From the IMG/VR virus record IMGVR_UViG_2609460221_000004: a stretch of DNA of 13,284 nucleotides, one strand, 5' to 3'. Below are positions 7,820 through 13,284 of this stretch, in pieces; position 1 is the first letter of the stretch, and the number at the start of each line of letters is the position of its first letter. The position numbers and the translations under genes are program-made. The notes below the pieces were generated by a model that was given only the letters and a program-made list of their open reading frames with translations, was not told the origin of the DNA and searched no databases. The DNA is from a virus (taxonomy: Duplodnaviria; Heunggongvirae; Uroviricota; Caudoviricetes).

Positions 7820-8127
7820 CCGCCCAGCGGTGGTTATCGGAGTTCGGGGGAGAAAGGGGGGAAAAGGCAAGATGGAAGCGAGAAAAACTCAGGTTGCCAC
7901 CGATACCGGAACCAGAAATAGACCCGGTGCTTAAGGAATTGTTGTACGCCTATTCGGTAATATCCCGTGCCCGACGTTATGCTGGAATGACCGGGGTGCC
8001 TTTGCCTTTATCTCTGACAGAGATAAATGAATATTTAGCCACTCATCCGGTATTGATTGAGCGCGATGAGTTTGAAGCAGTGATCTTTGCACTGGATGAC
8101 CAGTATTTTCAGGAGCAGTGTGTGTAG
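7370..8127 (+). CDS. Tail assembly chaperone G-T fusion, lambda GT analogue, made by a -1 frameshift at 7807-7813
   Basis: The -1 frame is open with no stop from 7813 through the ORF-track 7894-8127 ORF (frame 1, versus frame 2 for G). Read-through gives ...KKAIAAQRWLSEFGGERGEKARWKREKLRLPPIPEPEIDPVLKELLYAY... Confidence 0.55.
7807..7813 (+). promoter_or_regulatory. Putative -1 programmed ribosomal frameshift heptamer A_AAA_AAG
   Basis: In the G frame the codons are AUA AAA AAG CCA UAG; the X_XXY_YYZ heptamer is the same as the dnaX slip site and lies 4 nt before the G stop. Confidence 0.55.
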
Positions 8128-8250
8128 TTGTTAATTACGTACACTCTGTTACAGAGATGTGATGGTGTCTTTAATTAAATCGATGATGCTCCTGGAGAAA
8201 AGCATTGCGTGGCCTCGTAATCGCTATATCTACTATTATGTCGCCTGAAA

Positions 8251-8274
8251 CCCACTTCGGTGGGCTTTTTGTTG
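8251..8274 (+). terminator. Putative intrinsic terminator directly upstream of the tape measure gene
   Basis: CCCAC-TTCG-GTGGG stem with a UUCG tetraloop, followed by CTTTTTGTTG; it ends about 17 nt before the tape measure start. Confidence 0.5.
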
Positions 8275-8290
8275 TCTGGAGTTTTAATAA

Positions 8291-11200
8291 ATGGCAGAGC
8301 AAACCTCGCGTCTCGCAATAATTATTGATAGCACTGGAGCAAAAAATAATGCTGACAATCTGACCTCCTCATTAGTCAAAATGACGCAGGCCGGGGAAAC
8401 TGCTGCAAATAGCGCAGGGAAAGTGACTAAGGCAACAGAAGATGAGAAGAACGCGCTCGCAAAATTAAAAGCAGCTATTGATCCAGTTGGTGCCGCAATT
8501 GATACTGTCGGTCGACGCTATTCTGAATTAAAGAAATTTTTCGATAAAGGGATTATTGATAAAGAAGAATATGAATTTCTTGTCCGTAAACTTAATGAAA
8601 CCACAGAGGAATTGAGCGGGGTTGCGCAAGCGCAGAGAGAAGCCGAGAAGGCCGGAAAACTTGCTGCCGCCCAGCAGGAAGCGCAGACTCAGGCCTTTCA
8701 AAGAATGCTGGACAAGATCGACCCTCTGGCTGCGGCGCTAAGAAATCTTGAACAACAGCAGGATGAACTTAATGCTGCGTTTGCATCCGGGAAAATAAAT
8801 GGTTCTCAGTTTGAGAATTATAGCCGAAAAATACAGGAAACACGGCGAGAGCTTACCGGAGAGGCTCAGGCAGAGCGAGAAGCAGCAAAAGCGCATGATG
8901 AACAGGTTGCTGCTTTGCAACGTCTGATTGCTCAACTTGACCCTGTCGGAACTGCTTTTAATCGTCTGGTAGAACAACAGAAACAGCTCAATGAAGCAAA
9001 AGCTAAGGGGATGCTCTCTCCTGAAATGTATGAGGAACTTTCTGGAAAACTTCGTGCTATGCGGAGTGAGCTTGAGGTTACTCAATCTCAATTAAGCAAA
9101 ACCGGAATGTCGGCAAAACAAACGGCTTTTGCTATGCGCATGTTGCCTGCACAAATGACGGATATTGTTGTTGGGTTGTCCACTGGTCAGTCGCCTTTTA
9201 TGGTGTTAATGCAGCAGGGCGGCCAGCTAAAAGATATGTTCGGTGGGATTGGCCCGGCGATCAAAGGTGTTGGTTCTTATGTGCTGGGATTAATTAATCC
9301 TTTTACCCTGGCCGCAGCAGCCGTTGGCGTCTTAGGGCTGGCTTACTATAAAGGCTCTCAGGAGCAGGACGAATTTAATAAGTCTCTTATTCTTACCGGA
9401 AATCAGTTGGGGACAACCAGCGGGCAATTGGNCGATATAGTTCAACGTGCCGGGAATGCGGCTGATTCGACAACTGGCGCTGCGGCGGCAGTATTAAACC
9501 AGCTTGTGCGTTCGGGAAAGGTAGCGAGCAGTTCGCTGGAGCAAGTGACGACAGCGATAGTAAAAACGAGCGAAGTAACAGGAATATCAACCGAACAACT
9601 GGTTAATGACTTCAATGAAATTGCAAAGGATCCTGTCAGTGCCATATCAAAACTTAATGATCAGTACCATTTTCTGACAATTGCGACTTATAACCAGATT
9701 AAGGCGCTACAGGATGAAGGGAACCAGCAGGAGGCCGCCCGCATTGCGACAGAAGCATACTCATCCTCAATGATCCAGCGCACCAACCAGATTAAAGAAA
9801 ATCTTGGTTATCTTGAGACTGCATGGAAAGCTGTCGCAGACTCCGCAAAATGGGCATGGGATTCCATGCTGGATATTGGCCGTGAGGCCTCCCTTGATCA
9901 AAAAATCTCAGATGTTCTCCGTCAAATTGATGAAATAGAAAAAAATACCCGACCCGGAGTTTTCGGGTTAGGTGGCATTGGAGATGGCGGAGCTCAAAAT
10001 AAAAGGCTGGCACGATTAAAGCAGCAATTGGGCGTACTTCAAGCAGAAAAAATTGCTCAGGACGTACTAAATTCATCAATAAACGATTACAACAAGCGAC
10101 AACAGGAAGGAATTGAACTCAGACAGAGAGCAGATGCCTTTTCAAAACAATATCAGACCCGGGAGCAGCAGAGAGCTAGTGAACTTGCAAAACTGGAAAA
10201 ACTAAAGAGTCAGTATTCAAAGGAAGAATATAATAATCTTATCGCTCAAATAAATGAGCGTTATAAAGGTCCAAAGCAACCAAAGGCGAAAGGTTATTCG
10301 GATGATGCTGCCCAACGAATGATTGATCATCTGAATCAACAGAATGCGTTACTAAGTTCACAAACTGAATTAACCGTTAAATTAAGTTCCTCTGAACAGG
10401 AACTGGTTAAGTGGCGTCAGCAGATTGCCGACCTGGAGTCACGACCGTCATCGAAATTAACCAAGGATCAGAAATCGCTTCTCTTACACCGGGAAGAAAT
10501 AACCGCGTTGATGGAGAAAAATGTTGCGATTGAAAAAAATAACAGGCTAATCAAGGAATCCGCCGAAATAGCTGCATGGCGTGATTCATTGCAGGCTTCG
10601 ATTGATAATCGTCAACAGGGGTATGATATTCAGATTGCTGGTTATGGGGTTGGCGATAAAAATCAGCAACGCCAGCAGGAATTACTGCGGATTGAACGTG
10701 AATATAACAATCAGCGTCTGCAACTTGAACGTGACTATGCAGATAAATCCCGTGGGATGTCAAATCATGTTTTTCAGGAGAAAATGCAGGCTCTGAATGA
10801 TGCTCTGGAACGAGAAAAAGAAATTGTCAGACAGAAAAACGAGCAGCTCGATATTCAGGCAGGAGACTGGGTTAGTGGTGCCTCCCAGGGATTCAATAAC
10901 TGGCTGGATGACACTAAGGATATCAGTGAGCAGATAAAATCAACCACGACTCAGATGTTTGATGGAATGACCGATGCGCTGGGTGATTTTGTCACGACAG
11001 GCAAAGCAAATTTTCGTTCTTTCGCTACTTCCGTGATTTCGGATCTTAGTCGAATAGCATTAAAGGCTTCAATTACTGGGATTTTCGACAGCATTAGTAA
11101 CAGTTCTTCTGGGGGGATTTTAGGAACTATCGGGAGTGCTATTAGTAAATTTATTCCGAATGCAAAGGGCGGTGTTTATGAGTCTCCGTCATTGAACACG

Positions 11201-11524
11201 TATTCGAACGGTATTTATGATTCCCCGCAATTTTTTGCTTTTGCAAGAGGGGCTGGTGTTTTTGGTGAGGCTGGTCCGGAAGCCATTATGCCATTAACAC
11301 GAACTTCCGATGGTTCTCTTGGTGTCAGAGCTATTAATAGTAAAAGTGGTAATGGAGGCGGAGATATTACCTATGCCCCTGTATACCAAATCACTATTCA
11401 AAATGACGGCCAGAATGGAGAGATTGGNCCTCAGGCAATAAAAGCACTTATGGGGATGGTTGATCAGCGGGTGCAGGGCAATCTGTTAAATATGCGACGT
11501 GATGGGGGAATGTTAAGTGGCTAA
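8291..11524 (+). CDS. Tail tape measure protein, lambda H-like, 1077 aa
   Basis: GGAG RBS 9 nt upstream. Long coiled-coil N-terminus, then the hydrophobic core [41 protein letters not shown]...SLILTGNQ, which matches lambda H ([40 protein letters not shown]) as I remember it. The C-terminus ...[16 protein letters not shown]...RRDGGMLSG matches lambda H's NNDGTNGQIGPAALKAV...MRDGGLFSG. Confidence 0.85.
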   Translation: MAEQTSRLAIIIDSTGAKNNADNLTSSLVKMTQAGETAANSAGKVTKATEDEKNALAKLKAAIDPVGAAIDTVGRRYSELKKFFDKGIIDKEEYEFLVRKLNETTEELSGVAQAQREAEKAGKLAAAQQEAQTQAFQRMLDKIDPLAAALRNLEQQQDELNAAFASGKINGSQFENYSRKIQETRRELTGEAQAEREAAKAHDEQVAALQRLIAQLDPVGTAFNRLVEQQKQLNEAKAKGMLSPEMYEELSGKLRAMRSELEVTQSQLSKTGMSAKQTAFAMRMLPAQMTDIVVGLSTGQSPFMVLMQQGGQLKDMFGGIGPAIKGVGSYVLGLINPFTLAAAAVGVLGLAYYKGSQEQDEFNKSLILTGNQLGTTSGQLXDIVQRAGNAADSTTGAAAAVLNQLVRSGKVASSSLEQVTTAIVKTSEVTGISTEQLVNDFNEIAKDPVSAISKLNDQYHFLTIATYNQIKALQDEGNQQEAARIATEAYSSSMIQRTNQIKENLGYLETAWKAVADSAKWAWDSMLDIGREASLDQKISDVLRQIDEIEKNTRPGVFGLGGIGDGGAQNKRLARLKQQLGVLQAEKIAQDVLNSSINDYNKRQQEGIELRQRADAFSKQYQTREQQRASELAKLEKLKSQYSKEEYNNLIAQINERYKGPKQPKAKGYSDDAAQRMIDHLNQQNALLSSQTELTVKLSSSEQELVKWRQQIADLESRPSSKLTKDQKSLLLHREEITALMEKNVAIEKNNRLIKESAEIAAWRDSLQASIDNRQQGYDIQIAGYGVGDKNQQRQQELLRIEREYNNQRLQLERDYADKSRGMSNHVFQEKMQALNDALEREKEIVRQKNEQLDIQAGDWVSGASQGFNNWLDDTKDISEQIKSTTTQMFDGMTDALGDFVTTGKANFRSFATSVISDLSRIALKASITGIFDSISNSSSGGILGTIGSAISKFIPNAKGGVYESPSLNTYSNGIYDSPQFFAFARGAGVFGEAGPEAIMPLTRTSDGSLGVRAINSKSGNGGGDITYAPVYQITIQNDGQNGEIXPQAIKALMGMVDQRVQGNLLNMRRDGGMLSG

Positions 11525-11856
11525 TACGGAAGAATTTCACTGGTTACCAGAGGATGGAATGAAAACAGAAAATAAACCATCGATAAAAACTGTAAGATTT
11601 GGCGATGGTTATGAGCAACGAAGTCCAAATGGACTTAATCATTCTCTGCGCGTTTTCACCTGTGATTTCAAAGTTGAGGCGAATGAACGTGATTCATTTG
11701 AAAAATTTTTAGCCCGGCATGAAGGCTATAAATCTTTTTTTTTGGCGCCCGCCGGGTATTAACAGAAAAATCAGAGTGGTGTGTCGAACGTGGTCAGCGA
11801 CAGAACATATCACCTATACCGATTTTTCGTGTCAGTTTGACGAAGTGGTGATCTGA
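11517..11856 (+). CDS. M: Minor tail protein M homologue; reading frame broken at a T9 run (11735-11743)
   Basis: N-terminal part ...FHWLPEDGMKTENKPSIKTVRFGDGYEQRSPNGLN...FLARHEGYKSFF aligns with lambda M (FRWKVKPGMDV...VRKVRFGDGYSQ...). With T8 instead of T9 the frame continues WRPPGINRKIRVVCRTWSATEHITYTDFSCQFDEVVI to a TGA overlapping the L start. Confidence 0.7.
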
Positions 11857-12554
11857 TGCAGGACATACAACAGGAAACGCTGAATGAATGCATTCGTGCG
11901 GAGCAGTCGGCCAGCGTGGTGCTCTGGGAAATCGACCTGACCGAGGTAGGCGGGGATCGCTACTTTTTCTGTAATGAGCAGAACGAAAAAGGTGAGTCTG
12001 TCACCTGGCAGAGTCGGCAGTATCAGGCCTATCCCATTCANGGGAGTGGATTTGAGATGAACGGCAAGGGCAGTGCTGNCCGTCCGACACTGACGGTCTC
12101 TAACCTGCACGGCATGATCACCGGGATGGCGGAAGATCTGCAGAGTCTGGTCGGCGGAACGGTGGTCCGGCGTAAGGTTTACGCCCGCTTTCTGGATGCG
12201 GTGAACTTCGTCAACGGAAACAGCGAAGCCGATCCGGAGCAGGAGGTGATCAGCCGCTGGCGCATCGAGCAGTGCAGCGAACTGAGCGCGGTCAGTGCCT
12301 CTTTTGTACTGTCCACGCCGACTGAAACGGATGGCGCTGTTTTTCCGGGACGTATCATGCTGGCCAACACCTGCACCTGGACCTATCGCGGCGATGAGTG
12401 CGGTTATAGCGGTCCGGCGGTCGCGGATGAATATGACCAGCCGACGTCCGATATCACGAAGGATAAATGCAGCAAATGCCTGAGTGGCTGTAAGTTTCGC
12501 AATAATGTCGGCAACTTTGGCAGCTTCCTTTCCATTAACAAACTTTCGCAGTAA
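11856..12554 (+). CDS. L: Minor tail protein L homologue (232 aa)
   Basis: MQDIQQETLNECIRAEQSASVVLWEIDLTEVGGDRYFFCNEQNEKGE...CTWTYRGDECGYSGP...CSKCLSGCKFRNNVGNFG is near-identical to lambda gpL as I recall it, including the C-terminal cysteine cluster. Two N calls (12051, 12079) are inside. Confidence 0.85.
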   Translation: MQDIQQETLNECIRAEQSASVVLWEIDLTEVGGDRYFFCNEQNEKGESVTWQSRQYQAYPIXGSGFEMNGKGSAXRPTLTVSNLHGMITGMAEDLQSLVGGTVVRRKVYARFLDAVNFVNGNSEADPEQEVISRWRIEQCSELSAVSASFVLSTPTETDGAVFPGRIMLANTCTWTYRGDECGYSGPAVADEYDQPTSDITKDKCSKCLSGCKFRNNVGNFGSFLSINKLSQ

Positions 12555-12559
12555 ATCCC

Positions 12560-13284
12560 ATGACAGAGACAGAATCAGCGATTCTGGCGCACGCCCGGCG
12601 ATGTGCGCCAGCGGAGTCGTGCGGCTTCGTGGTGAGAACGCCGGAGGAGGAAAGATATTTTCCCTGCGTGAATATCTCCGGTGAGCCGGAGGAGTATTTC
12701 CGGATGTCGCCGGAGGACTGGCTGAGTGCAGAAATGCAGGGAGAGATTGTGGCGCTGGTCCACAGCCACCCCGGTGGTCTGCCCTGGCTGAGTGAGGCCG
12801 ACCGGCGGCTGCAGGTACAGAGTGATTTGCCGTGGTGGCTGGTCTGCCGGGGGGCGATTCATAAATTCCGCTGTGTGCCGCATCTCACCGGGCGGCGCTT
12901 TGAGCACGGGGTAACGGACTGTTACACGCTGTTCCGGGACGCTTACCATCTGGCGGGAATTGAGATGCCGGATTTTCATCGCGGGGATGACTGGTGGCGT
13001 AACGGTCAGAATCTCTATCTGGATAATCTGGAGGCCACAGGGCTGTATCAGGTGCCGTTGTCAGCGGCGCAGCCGGGCGATGTGCTGCTGTGCTGTTTTG
13101 GTTCATCGGTGCCGAATCATGCCGCCATTTACTGTGGTGACAGCGAGCTGCTGCACCATATTCCTGAACAACTGAGCAAACGAGAGAGGTACACCGACAA
13201 ATGGCAGCGACGCACACACTCCCTCTGGCGTCACCGGGCATGGCACGCATCTGCCTTTACGGGGATTTACAACGATTTTGGCCG
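12560..13284 (+). CDS. K: Tail assembly protein K homologue (MPN/JAMM + NlpC/P60 domains), partial; 3' end beyond the window
   Basis: ATG at 12560. My manual translation is MTETESAILAHARRCAPAESCGFVV...ALVHSHPGGLPWLSEADRR (JAMM-type HxH...S..D motif) ...HGVTDCYTLFRDAYHLAG (NlpC/P60-type Cys) ...NHAAIYCGD..., near-identical to lambda gpK as I recall it. It is open to the window end, which is why the ORF track does not list it. Confidence 0.85.
   Translation, partial: MTETESAILAHARRCAPAESCGFVVRTPEEERYFPCVNISGEPEEYFRMSPEDWLSAEMQGEIVALVHSHPGGLPWLSEADRRLQVQSDLPWWLVCRGAIHKFRCVPHLTGRRFEHGVTDCYTLFRDAYHLAGIEMPDFHRGDDWWRNGQNLYLDNLEATGLYQVPLSAAQPGDVLLCCFGSSVPNHAAIYCGDSELLHHIPEQLSKRERYTDKWQRRTHSLWRHRAWHASAFTGIYNDFG

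Noticed and set aside
7846-7867. Purine-rich gggggagaaaggggggaaaagg, considered as an alternative lambda-type G_GGA_AAG slip site
   Set aside because: It lies after the G-frame stop codon (7817-7819), so it cannot be the frameshift site. It simply encodes the Gly/Glu/Lys-rich linker of the GT extension.
8738-10796. Several 65-117-aa ORFs on both strands inside the tape measure gene (8738-9091, 9393-9645, 9792-10079, 10551-10763 on the minus strand; 10581-10796 on the plus strand)
   Set aside because: All are embedded in the 1077-aa tape measure ORF, whose identity is strongly supported. Their translations are low-complexity and they lack RBSs.
12575-13250. Minus-strand ORFs of 134 and 121 aa, and + strand ORFs 12295-12684 and 12960-13175
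   Set aside because: They overlap the L and K genes, whose translations match lambda gpL and gpK. They are Arg/Pro/Ala-rich, as expected for out-of-frame or antisense reading of GC-rich coding DNA.
1-13284. Search for CRISPR repeats, tRNA or tmRNA genes, attachment sites, or a defence/toxin-antitoxin cassette inserted among the structural genes
   Set aside because: No direct-repeat array, no tRNA-like structure, and the genes are tightly packed (largest gaps 3310-3407, 4549-4590, 8128-8290), leaving no room for a non-structural cassette. Nothing here supports a novel system; such cargo, if present, is more likely outside this window.

Overview
This window is the morphogenesis (head-to-tail) block of a lambdoid siphovirus prophage on the + strand, of the kind found in E. 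coli/Shigella. It is entered at its 5' end through a minus-strand IS3-family insertion sequence (IS629/IS1203-like, 1-741) that has cut into the gene just upstream of the head-morphogenesis gene. Gene order is: IS element, portal-like remnant, SPP1 gp7/Mu F-like head morphogenesis protein, scaffold, major capsid, four small head-tail joining genes, major tail protein, G/GT chaperone pair joined by a -1 frameshift site, a 1077-aa tape measure protein, then homologues of lambda M, L and K (K runs off the window end). Several apparent frameshifts sit exactly at N calls or homopolymer runs, so I treat them as probable sequencing errors rather than pseudogenes. I found no CRISPR array, tRNA, or defence/toxin cassette, and no insert large enough to hold one: this is an ordinary structural region and I did not find a novel system. 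All homology statements come from reading the translations and from memory of the protein families; no database search was run.
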